A stretch of 54,102 nucleotides of DNA from Draconibacterium orientale (GCA_020718225.1 DYSO01000005.1:1-54102); one strand, 5' to 3'; positions 9,622-20,879 are shown, counted from the stretch's first letter. Numbers and translations: made by a program. The notes: generated from the letters alone by a model not told the origin.

Positions 9622-11919
9622 ATGAAAATGTACCTGAAAGCGGTGTTTTTTATTATTGTCATTATCCTGACAGGATGTGGACATAAAGAGGTCCAGATCA
9701 CCAACCTCGACATGCTGAAAGGGGGCAAAACTTTTGCCGTACCTACCGGGACTGCGGCCGACCAGTTTGTACTGAAAAAATTTCCGGATGCCAAAATCGA
9801 GTATTACAACAGTGTGCTCGATTGCGCTATGGCCGTCAGGGATGGCAAAGCTGATGCCGTGGTTTACGACCTGCCTGTTTTAAAAAATATTTCCGGAAAG
9901 AACGAAGGACTATTAATCTTGCCTGAATTGTTATTTGACGATCAGTATGGTTTCGCAGTGCAGATGCATGACACGGCACTAAAAACTACCATGGACAAGG
10001 TACTGGCTGAGCTGAAGGCAGATGGCACTTACGATGACATGCAAAAACGCTGGTTTCCCGAACACGGAAGCCCGTCGCCCATGCCGGAGATCAAACTCAC
10101 CGGCGAGAATGGGGCGCTTAAATTCGGTACGGCCGCAGTGACCGAACCCATGACGTTTGTGGATGGCAGTCAGAAAATGGCAGGATTCGATATTGAATAT
10201 GCCACCTATATTGCAAAAAAACTTGGGAAACAGATCGAAATTGTCGACATGGAATTTGGGGCTATGATCCCGGCCCTGATGTCGGGAAAAGTGGACATGA
10301 TCGGCGCCGGAATCTCCATCACCGAAGAGAGGGCCAAAAGCGTGCTTTTTTCACAAAGCTACTATCCAAGTGGCCTGGCAGCCGGTGTTAAAGATGTTTC
10401 GAAAGGTGTTTCTGAAGAAACGCCCGAAGAAAGCGGCGCGAAGATGAAATCCATCGAAGATATAAAAACGAAAAGAATCGGTGTATTGTTAGGCAGCATC
10501 CATGATTCCTACGTAACCCGCACCTTTCCGGGGGCCACGATACTACAGTATCAGAACCTTTCCGATATGCTGTTTGGCCTGAATACAGATAAGGCTGATG
10601 TCGCGTTTATGGATCACACGGGGCTAAAGGATATTTTCAGCAAAAACCCGGAGTTGGGTGTTCTGGCTGAAAATGTTTTTGCCGTCGACATCGCGGCCGG
10701 ATTCAACCAGAAAAACGACTCCCTCCGCCTGCAATTTAATACCTTCCTTAAAGAAATCAGGAGCAACGGCGTATACAAGGATATGGAAGATCGCTGGATA
10801 ACCAAAGGATTGACTGAAATGCCGGTAATTACTGGCCCCAAAGCGAACGGGGAGCTCCGGGTGGGTATTGTCAGCGACCTGGGATTACCAACAACCATCA
10901 TCCAGGACGGACGCCTGATAGGATTTGATATTGAACTCGGCCAACGGTTTGCTGCTTATACCGGTAAAGAATATGTGCCGGTCGATTTACAATTTGCAGC
11001 AATGTTAGCCTCTGTTTCAACCGACAAAATCGATATAATTACCAGTTCGTTAATGATCACCGAAGAACGAAAGAAACAAATTGATTTTTCCGATCCCTAT
11101 TACAATTCGGGGGTGAGCATTATTGCAAAACAAAACAACATCGACCGGCCATTTGCCATGAACGACAATAAGGCAGGTGGCGGAAATGAATCCGGAATCC
11201 GGGAAAAAACAATTTTCAGGACCATTTCAGACAGTTTTTACAACAACATTATCCTGGAAAAACGTTACCTGCACATCTTCGATGGATTGGCCGTGACCAT
11301 AATCATTTCGATACTGGCTGCCTTCCTGGGTACCCTGATCGGAGCCCTGGTTTGCTACATGCGGATGTCGAAAACCAGATTTCTTTCCGAGTTGGCTAAA
11401 ATCTATATATGGCTGTTGCGCGGGACTCCGGTGCTGGTTCTGCTCATGATTATTTATTATGTGGTATTTGCCTCGGTAAATATCGACCCGGTCGTCGTGG
11501 CTGTGATTGCCTTTGGACTGAACTTTGGCGCCTATGTTTCCGAAATGTTCCGGACTTCCATAGAAAGTATCGACAAGGGGCAGACGGAAGCTGCTACGGC
11601 GGGAGGATTTACAAAGATCCAAACCTTCGGCTTAATCATTCTGCCACAAGCATTGCGCAGCATCTTACCGGTATATAAGGGAGAATTCATTTCCCTGATT
11701 AAAATGACATCCATTGTGGGTTACATCGCCGTACAGGATCTCACCAAGGCCAGTGATATCATCCGCAGCCGTACCTTCGATGCCTTCTTTCCGCTCATCA
11801 TGGTTGCTGTGATCTATTTGTTCCTTGCCTGGTTGCTGTCGTGGGCTCTTGGTTTTATCGAAATCTCTGCAGATCCTAAAAGAAAACGCGCTAAAATAAT
11901 GAGGAGGATAGCCGGATGA
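9622..11919 (+). CDS. Polar amino-acid ABC transporter, fused substrate-binding (family 3) domains + permease
   Basis: Lipobox LTGC, two GFDIE and two ITEER motifs, permease RGTP and EAA loop (IDKGQTEAA). Start likely 9622/9628 rather than 9562. Confidence 0.9.
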   Translation: MKMYLKAVFFIIVIILTGCGHKEVQITNLDMLKGGKTFAVPTGTAADQFVLKKFPDAKIEYYNSVLDCAMAVRDGKADAVVYDLPVLKNISGKNEGLLILPELLFDDQYGFAVQMHDTALKTTMDKVLAELKADGTYDDMQKRWFPEHGSPSPMPEIKLTGENGALKFGTAAVTEPMTFVDGSQKMAGFDIEYATYIAKKLGKQIEIVDMEFGAMIPALMSGKVDMIGAGISITEERAKSVLFSQSYYPSGLAAGVKDVSKGVSEETPEESGAKMKSIEDIKTKRIGVLLGSIHDSYVTRTFPGATILQYQNLSDMLFGLNTDKADVAFMDHTGLKDIFSKNPELGVLAENVFAVDIAAGFNQKNDSLRLQFNTFLKEIRSNGVYKDMEDRWITKGLTEMPVITGPKANGELRVGIVSDLGLPTTIIQDGRLIGFDIELGQRFAAYTGKEYVPVDLQFAAMLASVSTDKIDIITSSLMITEERKKQIDFSDPYYNSGVSIIAKQNNIDRPFAMNDNKAGGGNESGIREKTIFRTISDSFYNNIILEKRYLHIFDGLAVTIIISILAAFLGTLIGALVCYMRMSKTRFLSELAKIYIWLLRGTPVLVLLMIIYYVVFASVNIDPVVVAVIAFGLNFGAYVSEMFRTSIESIDKGQTEAATAGGFTKIQTFGLIILPQALRSILPVYKGEFISLIKMTSIVGYIAVQDLTKASDIIRSRTFDAFFPLIMVAVIYLFLAWLLSWALGFIEISADPKRKRAKIMRRIAG

Positions 11920-13001
11920 TCAAAGTAAGAAACCTCTCAAAACATTTTGGGAACCTGGTCGTGCTGAAGGACATCAGCGCTGATATCCGGAAAGGGGAAG
12001 TCATTTCCGTCATTGGTCCGTCAGGTACCGGGAAAAGTACCTTTCTCCGCTGCCTGAACCTGCTTGAAACCCCAACCGGGGGAACCATCTTCATCGATGA
12101 TGTCCCGCTGCTTGATAAACGTACCAACGTTTCAAAACTTCGCCAGAAGATGGGGATGGTTTTTCAATCCTTTAACCTTTATGCACACCTTTCGGTAATC
12201 GAAAATCTGACCATCGGCCCGGTTAAATTGCTTGGGAAACAACGGGCCGAAGCAGATGCAAAAGCGATGGAGCTTTTAAAAGTGGTCGGATTGGCCGAAA
12301 AAGCCGGGAGCTTCCCCGATGAACTGTCGGGCGGGCAGAAACAGCGGGTTGCCATTGCCCGTTGCATGGCCATGGACCCGGAAATCCTGCTTTTTGACGA
12401 ACCTACTTCGGCGCTCGACCCAACCATGGTCAGCGAAGTACTGGCCGTGATCCGACGGCTGTCACGCGAAGGGATGACCATGATCATTGTGACCCATGAA
12501 ATGGAATTTGCCAGAAATATATCGGACCGGATTTTTTACATGGACGAAGGCGTAATTTATGAAGAGGGAACCCCCCAACAAATTTTCGACCATCCGCAGA
12601 AAGAAAAAACCAGGGCATTCATCCACCGGGTACGCAGCCTGAATTTCCATATCAGCAGCAGCAATTACGACCTCTATGCCATGCAGGGAGAGATGGAACT
12701 GTTCTGCGAAAAGCACATGCTCCCTAAAAAAGTGACGGGTTATGTGGTTCATATCACCGAAGAACTCCTGGGAATCCAGACCGATTTTTCCGATATAAAA
12801 CTGAACCTCTCCTATACTGAAAAAGAGGGCGATGTACAACTGGTTTGCGAAAGCGCAGGTATTCCTGAAAATCCGCTGAAAACGGAATTGCTCGAAGAGG
12901 ACATTGCATTGAAACTCATCCTCGGAAGGTGCAAAAGCGTCAATTATACATATACTGACGGTAAAAATGTTTTGGCGCTCAGGATCAAAGGGGAGTCATG
13001 A
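11916..13001 (+). CDS. Polar amino-acid ABC transporter ATP-binding protein (GlnQ-like) with ~120-aa C-terminal extension
   Basis: Walker [10 protein letters not shown], signature LSGGQKQR, Walker [13 protein letters not shown]-loop VTHEM. Confidence 0.93.
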   Translation: MIKVRNLSKHFGNLVVLKDISADIRKGEVISVIGPSGTGKSTFLRCLNLLETPTGGTIFIDDVPLLDKRTNVSKLRQKMGMVFQSFNLYAHLSVIENLTIGPVKLLGKQRAEADAKAMELLKVVGLAEKAGSFPDELSGGQKQRVAIARCMAMDPEILLFDEPTSALDPTMVSEVLAVIRRLSREGMTMIIVTHEMEFARNISDRIFYMDEGVIYEEGTPQQIFDHPQKEKTRAFIHRVRSLNFHISSSNYDLYAMQGEMELFCEKHMLPKKVTGYVVHITEELLGIQTDFSDIKLNLSYTEKEGDVQLVCESAGIPENPLKTELLEEDIALKLILGRCKSVNYTYTDGKNVLALRIKGES

Positions 13002-13013
13002 TCATCTTTCAAC

Positions 13014-13021
13014 TATCTTTG
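13014..13021 (+). promoter_or_regulatory. Putative -7 promoter element
   Basis: TATCTTTG matches TAnnTTTG, 18 bp before the ATG at 13040. Confidence 0.55.
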
Positions 13022-13039
13022 CGACTTTAAATCAAACCT

Positions 13040-14050
13040 ATGATTCTTGTAACCGGAGGTACAGGTCTGCTGGGCTCCCATTTACTTCTCAATCTTGTTC
13101 AGTCAGGCAAACCTGTTCGTGCCATCAAACGCGCATCCAGCGATACCCGCATGGTTTCCGGAATCTTTTCCTATTACACTCCCAATCCTGAAGAACTTGC
13201 CGGGAAAATTCAATGGGTGGATGCCGATCTTATGGATTTTGGGGCTGTTGAAGATGCCCTTGAAGGAATAACCGAAATTTATCATGCCGCGGCAATAGTC
13301 TCTTTTTATCCGAAAGACCACAAAGCCATGTTGAAGGTCAACATCGAAGGAACGGCAAATTTAGTGAACCAGGCCATCGGCCATCAAGTTGGGAAATTTT
13401 GTTACGTCAGTTCGGTAGCTACCCTGGGCAGGGCCGAAAACGATGGTCTTTCAACGGAAGAAACCTACTGGGTCCCATCCCGGAAAAACTCGGTTTACAG
13501 CATCAGTAAATATGGAGCTGAACGCGAAGTCTGGCGTGGTATGGAAGAAGGCCTCCGGGCCGTGATTGTCAGTCCTTCCGTTATTCTGGGACCGGGATTC
13601 TGGAACGATAACTCCGGATTGTTCCGCCTGGTTTGGGAGGGGTTGAAATATTACACAAACGGGGTAAACGGTTATGTGGATGCACGCGATGTTTCACAGG
13701 CAATGGTTGGGTTGATGGACAATAACCTCTTCGGTCAGCGTTTCATTTGCTCTTCGGAAAATCTTACGTACCGGGATTTTTTTAGCACGATCGCAAAACA
13801 CCTGCATAAGCCGGCGCCTTCGGTTAATGTCCCCATGGCGCTCACATCCATTGCCTGGCGTGTGGAGGCAGTACGGGCTTTTCTGACGGGGTCAAAACCC
13901 GAAGTGACCCGTGAAATGGCCATAACCACCACTCAGCATTACACCTATTCCAATGAGAAAATAAAAAGAACCATCGATTTCAAATTCAGGTCGATAGAGG
14001 AATCGATAGGGGAGATTTGTGGTTTTTTCCTGAAGGACCATGTAAGATGA
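13040..14050 (+). CDS. NAD-dependent epimerase/dehydratase (extended SDR)
   Basis: ILVTGGTGLLG Rossmann motif, HAAA, YSISK (YxxxK). Confidence 0.9.
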   Translation: MILVTGGTGLLGSHLLLNLVQSGKPVRAIKRASSDTRMVSGIFSYYTPNPEELAGKIQWVDADLMDFGAVEDALEGITEIYHAAAIVSFYPKDHKAMLKVNIEGTANLVNQAIGHQVGKFCYVSSVATLGRAENDGLSTEETYWVPSRKNSVYSISKYGAEREVWRGMEEGLRAVIVSPSVILGPGFWNDNSGLFRLVWEGLKYYTNGVNGYVDARDVSQAMVGLMDNNLFGQRFICSSENLTYRDFFSTIAKHLHKPAPSVNVPMALTSIAWRVEAVRAFLTGSKPEVTREMAITTTQHYTYSNEKIKRTIDFKFRSIEESIGEICGFFLKDHVR

Positions 14051-14063
14051 TGGCGACCGGTTG

Positions 14064-14912
14064 TCAGGTTGTCCCGAAATACCTGAATTGACTTCTCAGA
14101 CTTCCGGCTACATCGGAAAATTCGATCTCTTTTTCAAACTCAACCATCAGATGGCTGTCAACCAGGATGCGTGGATTTACAGACAATCTGAAAATTTCAC
14201 GATAGGTTTTTTTTCTTAACAGACCATCTGATCCGTTCCCTTTGCGGATATTTTTTTGATATGTGATGGCATTGGATATAACGATAAAAGGATAAAAGAA
14301 AGGAAAGAGGATCACCGATGTGCTTTTTATCCGGGTGGGATGGATTTTTTTAATTTGAAAACCGGACAGTTTTGCCTGGGCCCTTAATTTTTGAATGCCG
14401 GTTAAAAAAAGATGGCCGTAATAAATTTCGGGGGTAATATCCTGATCCGACATCCAGATACTGTCAATTTCATTGGGGGGCATGAGTGTGTTGAACCGTT
14501 CGCTCTCGCTCAGTAAATAGCTGAGTTTTGCCCGGAGATTTGAATAATTGGGCGTTGTAATGATCAATTTCCCCATTGGTTTTAAAACCCGGTTAAACTC
14601 CCTGAGGGCGGCCAGTTGATTGGCAAAGTGTTCAATCCCTTCCTGACAGATCAGGGCATCGGCTATGTGGTCTGGGAGCGGTATCCCATCAGAGATATTG
14701 GCACGTTGGCAACGCATACCCCGGACCTGAAAATACTCAGGAAACAGGTCAAAGGCCATGGGCCGGGCCCCGATCTCTAAAAGAATTTTGGAAGTGATTC
14801 CATTCCCGGCCGGAAAATCAACAACCATACGATCTTCAAAATGTTTCCGGTTCAGCAACAAAAACTGTTTGACAAAGTATTTGATACTCTTTCTATCGTC
14901 TTCGTAAGTCAT
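14064..14912 (-). CDS. Class I SAM-dependent methyltransferase
   Basis: VVDFPAGNG motif I, EGIEH, RVLKPMG, ITTPN. Confidence 0.85.
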   Translation of the reverse strand: MTYEDDRKSIKYFVKQFLLLNRKHFEDRMVVDFPAGNGITSKILLEIGARPMAFDLFPEYFQVRGMRCQRANISDGIPLPDHIADALICQEGIEHFANQLAALREFNRVLKPMGKLIITTPNYSNLRAKLSYLLSESERFNTLMPPNEIDSIWMSDQDITPEIYYGHLFLTGIQKLRAQAKLSGFQIKKIHPTRIKSTSVILFPFFYPFIVISNAITYQKNIRKGNGSDGLLRKKTYREIFRLSVNPRILVDSHLMVEFEKEIEFSDVAGSLRSQFRYFGTT

Positions 14913-14922
14913 TGTTGTTGAT

Positions 14923-16344
14923 TTATCGGATCAGGTTCCGGTAATGATAAAAACGGGTAACGATGTCATCCACAAATCCTTCCGTCTTATAATCCGGAAA
15001 AAATGTTCCCACACTATCGGGGTTAGCCATTGGGTTGCTTTTTGATCGTCGTAATAAATAGTAATCAACGTGCCGGTTCCATTTCCCTTTGTCCCTGCCG
15101 TATTTCTCCGCTTTTTCACGGGCAGCCATTACCCTTCCGAGTCCTACATTGTAAGAGGCTAACACAAAATAGACCCGTTCCCGGGGGTCAATAATGTCTT
15201 TGGGAAGTTGTTTGTCAAGGTATTGGAGATACTTAACGCCAGCTTCAATCTGCCGCGCCGGTGGAGAAAGACTGTCAATGCCATATTTAACTGCTGTTTC
15301 CGGCATCAGCTGCATCAGTCCGCTTGCGTTTCGGGTCGAAACCTGTCCGGGTCTGAAATTGGATTCTTCATACACCAGGGAGGCAATCAACCTCCAATCC
15401 CAGTTGATCCGTTTGCTTTGTTCGTGCAGAATATCGTCGTAGGGGGAAAGACGGTTGCTGTTGACCGAAAAATAATTGCTTCTTAGTAAATTTACAATAC
15501 GCTGGTTGTTAAAATAATCAAGATAGATTTTTTTTAATTTCCCCGAAGATTTATATTCCCCAAGCCATTTGTTGATTTCAGCAAGCAGTGAATCGGAGGC
15601 ATGGCCCACACCCCAACCATAACTGTAATGTGGGAAAGCAATCAGGGAGATATCAATATTTTGATAATACCGTTTGTAAACCATGGCAACATTTTCCTGG
15701 CATATGGCATAACGGATTTTACCTTCGGAAACCAACCGGATCAAATCTTCCTGACTGAATATTGCAGATTCCCGGAGTATTGCCTTCTTTTTTGTCGCCT
15801 TATAAATCGAGTGATAGATGGATGCGAAAAAAGGATTTTGTCTGACATGGAGCGTATCGGAAGGGAAATCGTTCAACGATTTTACATAAGCAGTGTCGTC
15901 CTTGTTTTTACCGGATGCTTTTTGCTGAACAAGTGCCAGCCGGGTTTCCCCGAAGGGCATTGAAAAAGACACAAGGCTATTTCCTTCTGTAGTTATGGGA
16001 AGGTTCAGGGCAATCAGGTCGGCAGCATTGTTTTTCAGATAATAGTTGAGCGTCGGAATGCTTTTGCTGGAAATGATTTTCAGCGGGACCCCCAAATACC
16101 GGGCAAAAGTTTCCAGCAAAATCAGTTGATATCCCATCGGTTCACCACGATATATAAAGTAATTCAGGGTGTTCTCGTCCGTTAAGGCAATCAGGTAGCC
16201 CCTTTCCCTGATCCGGTGAAAAGCATCCTTTTTCTCCGCTTCACGGTAGTATAAAGAGTGGGTTATATAAACAGCAATGGCAAGAAGGGCCACGCCCATC
16301 AGGATGGCCCTGAATCTGTGAATGAATTGTGATATTTTTTTCAA
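14923..16344 (-). CDS. mltF: MltF-like lytic transglycosylase (SBP-3 domain + SLT domain)
   Basis: N-terminal YFIYRGEPMGY SBP domain; SLT motifs EESNF, GLMQL, ASYNVG. Confidence 0.85.
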   Translation of the reverse strand: MKKISQFIHRFRAILMGVALLAIAVYITHSLYYREAEKKDAFHRIRERGYLIALTDENTLNYFIYRGEPMGYQLILLETFARYLGVPLKIISSKSIPTLNYYLKNNAADLIALNLPITTEGNSLVSFSMPFGETRLALVQQKASGKNKDDTAYVKSLNDFPSDTLHVRQNPFFASIYHSIYKATKKKAILRESAIFSQEDLIRLVSEGKIRYAICQENVAMVYKRYYQNIDISLIAFPHYSYGWGVGHASDSLLAEINKWLGEYKSSGKLKKIYLDYFNNQRIVNLLRSNYFSVNSNRLSPYDDILHEQSKRINWDWRLIASLVYEESNFRPGQVSTRNASGLMQLMPETAVKYGIDSLSPPARQIEAGVKYLQYLDKQLPKDIIDPRERVYFVLASYNVGLGRVMAAREKAEKYGRDKGKWNRHVDYYLLRRSKSNPMANPDSVGTFFPDYKTEGFVDDIVTRFYHYRNLIR

Positions 16345-16351
16345 TATATTG

Positions 16352-17470
16352 TTATGCTACTTTTCTGTATCTCCAAATGGCCAGATTTACAATGAAGAAT
16401 GCGTAAATTACCAGGGCCCAGAAATGGCGGCTGATATCGGCAAATGTTGACCCCTTCAGCAATACCATCCGCATAATCTTGATAAAATACATCAAGGGGT
16501 TCAATTTATCCAATGTTTGCGCCCATTGCGGCATGCTCTCAATGGAAGTGAACAAGCCGCTCATCAGAATGAATACCACCATGAAAAAGAACGAAATAAG
16601 CATCGACTGCTGTTGGGTATGTGAAATTGTGGATATGAGCAGTCCGAATGCCAAAATTACAAAAAGATATACAGCTGCCGATAAAAAAATGAGCCAAAGG
16701 TTTCCTTCGATGGGAATGTTGAAAAGTAATTTACCGATCGTCAGTCCGAAAGCCAGTTCAAAGAGGGAGATAATCCAGAATGGGGCCAGTTTCCCGGTAA
16801 TAAACTGAATTTTTACAATAGGCGTAACATTGATTTGTTCGATGGTACCGATCTCTTTTTCCCTTACAATGTTCATTCCCGATAGCAGGAGCCCGATAAT
16901 GGTTACGAGAAGCACTAAAATTCCCGGGACCATATATGTTTTGTAATTCAGTTCCGGGTTATACCAGTAGCTGTATTCGGTGTGGATGTTTCTCAGGGAC
17001 GATGGAGCTGAATTATTGAAGTTTGCGAGGGCCGTCTGACGGTTGTAGTCAAGCAGGATGATGGTTGAATAAGCATTGATAAGACCGGCAGAAGCTCCGT
17101 TGATGGCATTAATTACAAACTGGGCCCTGGCATGGTTTTCTTTCATCAGGTTTTTTTCAAATCCGGCAGGGATGTTCAGGATCAGGTCAACCTTACCCTG
17201 TTGCATCTGGTTCATAGCTTCCTGGTACGAAAAGGAGAATTGCTTTATCTGATAAAAAGGGGATCCTTCAAATTTTCGGATCAATCCCCTTGATGTGGCA
17301 GAAAGATCGAGATCGACGACCGACATCCGGATGTGTTTCATTTCGAAGGTAGCGGCATTCACCAGGATAATGAGCTGAACAATGGGGACAAGAAAAATAA
17401 TCGGTAACATGGCTTTATCCCTGAAAACCTGTAGAAATTCCTTTTGGATGATATACCGGATTGTTCTCAT
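16352..17470 (-). CDS. ABC-2 type transporter permease (YbhR-like)
   Basis: KEFLQ, YNPELNY, VREKEIGTIEQINVTP, multiple TM segments. Confidence 0.9.
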   Translation of the reverse strand: MRTIRYIIQKEFLQVFRDKAMLPIIFLVPIVQLIILVNAATFEMKHIRMSVVDLDLSATSRGLIRKFEGSPFYQIKQFSFSYQEAMNQMQQGKVDLILNIPAGFEKNLMKENHARAQFVINAINGASAGLINAYSTIILLDYNRQTALANFNNSAPSSLRNIHTEYSYWYNPELNYKTYMVPGILVLLVTIIGLLLSGMNIVREKEIGTIEQINVTPIVKIQFITGKLAPFWIISLFELAFGLTIGKLLFNIPIEGNLWLIFLSAAVYLFVILAFGLLISTISHTQQQSMLISFFFMVVFILMSGLFTSIESMPQWAQTLDKLNPLMYFIKIMRMVLLKGSTFADISRHFWALVIYAFFIVNLAIWRYRKVA

Positions 17471-18573
17471 CAGGCCAATCGAATATTGAATTTTTTAACG
17501 CTCAGCATCAGAAAAAAGAGGGTAAACCCCAATAAAATCAAAGTTTCTTGCCAAACACAGGCAAGTCCGTTCCCCTGAAGCATGATGCTTTTAATGATGG
17601 TAATGAAATATTTTGGTGGCATCACATAACAAAAAACCTGTAAAATCCAGGGCATGTTTTCCACCGGGAAGATAAAACCGCTCAATAGAATGGTCGGAAG
17701 CATCAATGCAACCAGAGAGACCATCATGGCGATTTGCTGACTGCTGGTTAGGGTTGAGATCAGTATTCCCAATGAAAGGGCCATGCAGATGTATAAAAAA
17801 CTTTCTGCCAATAACAGGGTAATACTTCCCAGCACAGGTACATGAAAAACCGTATTTCCAAGGACCAGGATAATAATTGCGTCGATAAAAGCCAGAAATA
17901 CGTATGGAAATACTTTCCCGATAATGATTTGAACCGGCCGTAACGGTGAGACCAACAACAATTCCATGGTTCCCAGCTCTTTTTCACGGGTTATCGCCAG
18001 GGAGGTCATCAGCGCTGAGATCAGCATCAGCAACATGGCCATCAATCCCGGGACAAACATATAAACCCCTTTGAGCTCCCCGTTATACATCATGCGCGCC
18101 TGCGGGATGATCTGGTAGGGCACTTTTTCCGAATTGATCGAAATAAGGTAATTGCTGATGATGCCACTGGCATAGTTTACTAAAATATTGGCTGTATTGG
18201 GATCAGAGGCATCCCCGATAATCTGAAGGTGTGCCGTTCCATTTTTTTCCATTTTTTTTGCGAATTCCGGCTCAAAAACAATTGCCAGGCTGACTTCGCC
18301 ATATCGGAAAGCAGACTCAATTTCTGCTATGTTGTTCAGGTTTCGTTCCAGGATAAAATATCCGGACGAAAGGATTTTATCGCTGATCATCCGTGTGACA
18401 ATATCTTTTGACGGATCATAAATGGCAATCCTGGCATCCTTTATTTCGTTGGTAATCACATAACCGAACAACATCAGTTGAACGGCAGGCATGCCAAAAA
18501 GAATCAGCAGGGTGCGGTAATCCCTGAAAATGTGGTAAAATTCTTTAACGACAAATGCCCTGAAACGTTTCAT
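17470..18573 (-). CDS. ABC-2 type transporter permease (YbhS-like)
   Basis: KEFYHIFRD, DASDPNTA, REKELGTMELLLVSP, LSGFIFP. Confidence 0.9.
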   Translation of the reverse strand: MKRFRAFVVKEFYHIFRDYRTLLILFGMPAVQLMLFGYVITNEIKDARIAIYDPSKDIVTRMISDKILSSGYFILERNLNNIAEIESAFRYGEVSLAIVFEPEFAKKMEKNGTAHLQIIGDASDPNTANILVNYASGIISNYLISINSEKVPYQIIPQARMMYNGELKGVYMFVPGLMAMLLMLISALMTSLAITREKELGTMELLLVSPLRPVQIIIGKVFPYVFLAFIDAIIILVLGNTVFHVPVLGSITLLLAESFLYICMALSLGILISTLTSSQQIAMMVSLVALMLPTILLSGFIFPVENMPWILQVFCYVMPPKYFITIIKSIMLQGNGLACVWQETLILLGFTLFFLMLSVKKFNIRLA

Positions 18574-18625
18574 CCGATTTCTTGTTTTAATGTCCGGTTA
18601 TCGAAGAAACAGCCATGTATAAAAG

Positions 18626-19363
18626 TCATTTTCCGCGTGCTAATTGAATAAAAACATCGTCCATAGTAGAAGCATTGAATTGAAATTTCAATTTTTCGGG
18701 GGTGTCAAGAGCTGCAATCCGCCCATCAACCATGATGGAGACCCGGTCGCAATACTCAGATTCATCCATGTAATGGGTTGTCACAAAAACAGTCGTTCCC
18801 CCGTGCGCCGCTTCATAGATCAAATTCCAGAACTGGCGGCGGGTTATCGGGTCAACGCCTCCGGTAGGCTCATCCAGAAAAACAATTTTGGGGTTGTGGA
18901 GCATGGCCACCGAAAATGCCAGTTTTTGCTTCCACCCCAATGGAATATCCCGGATGAGCTTATCGCGTGCTGCCGATAGATCCAACCGTTCCATCAATGA
19001 TTTTGACCGTTCCGAAATCTCTTTTTTTCGTAAACCGTAAATGCCACCATAAAACCGGATGTTTTCGAAAACCGTCAGGTCATCATACAACGAAAATTTC
19101 TGGCTCATGTACCCGATATTCTGCTTCACCTTTTCCCGTTGCGTATAAATGTTGTAACCGGCAACATTCAGCTCTCCGGAAGTAGGATACCATAAGCCAC
19201 AAAGAATTTTTATGGCCGTGGTTTTTCCAGCCCCGTTTGCGCCTAAAAAACCAAAAATCTCCCCTTTCCGGACCTCAAAAGTTAAATGGTCATTGGCAAC
19301 AAAACTGCCAAACTTCTTGACCAGATCTTTCACAATGATGATATTTTCTGACGAAACAGCCAT
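18626..19363 (-). CDS. ABC transporter ATP-binding protein
   Basis: GANGAGKTT, PLGWKQK (variant signature), LDEPTGGVD, TTHYMDE. Confidence 0.92.
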   Translation of the reverse strand: MAVSSENIIIVKDLVKKFGSFVANDHLTFEVRKGEIFGFLGANGAGKTTAIKILCGLWYPTSGELNVAGYNIYTQREKVKQNIGYMSQKFSLYDDLTVFENIRFYGGIYGLRKKEISERSKSLMERLDLSAARDKLIRDIPLGWKQKLAFSVAMLHNPKIVFLDEPTGGVDPITRRQFWNLIYEAAHGGTTVFVTTHYMDESEYCDRVSIMVDGRIAALDTPEKLKFQFNASTMDDVFIQLARGK

Positions 19364-19439
19364 GGAATGGTATGGGGGATGTGAGATTTTGGATATCAGA
19401 TAATGAATTGCCGGGGTGTGTGATGCATCGGTGATATTT

Positions 19440-20357
19440 TCAGTTGATGGTCATTAAATCCATAAAACAATCTTCGATGGAAGCAGTGATTTCTTCAATT
19501 TCAACGTTGGTGTGCCCTTTTGTACTGAGGTGTTTTTGTAATTCAGCGGGTTGTATTTCTCCTTTTTTGAACGACAGGTGAACGGATTGACCGAAGGTAT
19601 CGGCACGATGGGTGCCCGGATATTTCATGAGTTCTTTCATCAACGGATACACATCGCCAGCCCTGACCGATAAAAGAGCGTGGGGATAATCTTTGATGAT
19701 TTCCGCAGGGGTATTGATTTTCATGATTTTACCGGCTTGCATCAAAGCCACCCTGTCGCACTTTTCTGCTTCATCCATGTAGGGGGTCGAAACCAAAATG
19801 GTGATCCCGCCATCTCTCAGCCGTTTCAACATTTCCCAGAATTCACGGCGCGAAACGGCATCAACGCCGGTTGTCGGTTCATCCAGAAAGAGAATCTGTG
19901 GTTTGTGTATCAGGGCACACGATAAGGCAAGTTTTTGTTTCATCCCCCCTGATAATTTCCCTGCTTTACGCTTCTTAAATGGTTCAATCTGCGCGTAGAT
20001 ATCCTTGATCAGATCGTAATTCTCTGCGATGGTAGTACCAAAAATGGTGGCGAAAAAAGAGAGGTTTTCCTCAACGGTAAGGTCCTGGTATAACGAAAAT
20101 TTTCCAGGCATATATCCGCAGATATTCCGGATTTGCCGGTAATCTTTAACAACATCTAAACCTTCAACCTGGCACGCTCCCTGGGTTGGTACCAACAGGG
20201 TGGTCAAAATCCGGAACAAACTTGTTTTTCCTGCCCCGTCGGGACCAATAAAACCAAAGAGTTCCCCGCCTGCAACTTCGAAAGAAATATCGTCGATGGC
20301 CAGCGTGGTTTTGTAACGCAGGGTGAGATTTTTTACGGAAACAGCAACCGGGTCCAT
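19440..20357 (-). CDS. ABC transporter ATP-binding protein
   Basis: GPDGAGKTS, LSGGMKQK, LDEPTTGVD, STPYMDE. Confidence 0.92.
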   Translation of the reverse strand: MDPVAVSVKNLTLRYKTTLAIDDISFEVAGGELFGFIGPDGAGKTSLFRILTTLLVPTQGACQVEGLDVVKDYRQIRNICGYMPGKFSLYQDLTVEENLSFFATIFGTTIAENYDLIKDIYAQIEPFKKRKAGKLSGGMKQKLALSCALIHKPQILFLDEPTTGVDAVSRREFWEMLKRLRDGGITILVSTPYMDEAEKCDRVALMQAGKIMKINTPAEIIKDYPHALLSVRAGDVYPLMKELMKYPGTHRADTFGQSVHLSFKKGEIQPAELQKHLSTKGHTNVEIEEITASIEDCFMDLMTIN

Positions 20358-20396
20358 CTCTGGGTTATGGTTAAGGGTGTTGGCTGGTGAGAAAAA

Positions 20397-20867
20397 TTAT
20401 TGCTTCGGGGGTGTCGATTTGGTCCAATAGGTGTTTCGCCCCAACATGGAAATTCCGACATAACCTCTGATTTTCAGCTTGTTTTGAGATTCAAACTGAA
20501 TATAACACTTGTATGTTTTTCCGTTTTTGGGATCATAAATAGTCCCTCCCGACCATTCATCTTCACCATTAAAAACAAAGTTTTTAAGATTTACAAGCCC
20601 GATTATCGGAGTGGATTTCAATTTTTCATCAGGGTTCTCTTTGTCGGTACGTGGGAGTCCGGTGATCGAATCGATCGGGGTCCTGAGCCAGACCAGTTTT
20701 CCGAAATACTTGTCGTTTTCTTTATAAATCTGTACTTTCCCGGTGGCCTCCTGATTCAGCCAGGTACCAAGGATATCATCGGCTTTGTGGTTTTGACCCT
20801 CAAGGGTAATTCCATTCCCTGCCAATAATGCGAGGATCAGGAAAAAAGTTTTTACAGTTTTTTTCAT
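20397..20867 (-). CDS. DUF2147 family secreted protein
   Basis: Signal peptide; GTW, DKENPD, WSGGTIYDPKNGKTY, LKIRGYVG...GRNTYW. Confidence 0.85.
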   Translation of the reverse strand: MKKTVKTFFLILALLAGNGITLEGQNHKADDILGTWLNQEATGKVQIYKENDKYFGKLVWLRTPIDSITGLPRTDKENPDEKLKSTPIIGLVNLKNFVFNGEDEWSGGTIYDPKNGKTYKCYIQFESQNKLKIRGYVGISMLGRNTYWTKSTPPKQ

Positions 20868-20879
20868 GCGTTGTTTTTT

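Noticed and set aside
14050-14066. Small hairpin (TGGCGACCGGTTGTCA) between convergent genes as a terminator
   Set aside because: Short imperfect stem with no U-tract on either strand
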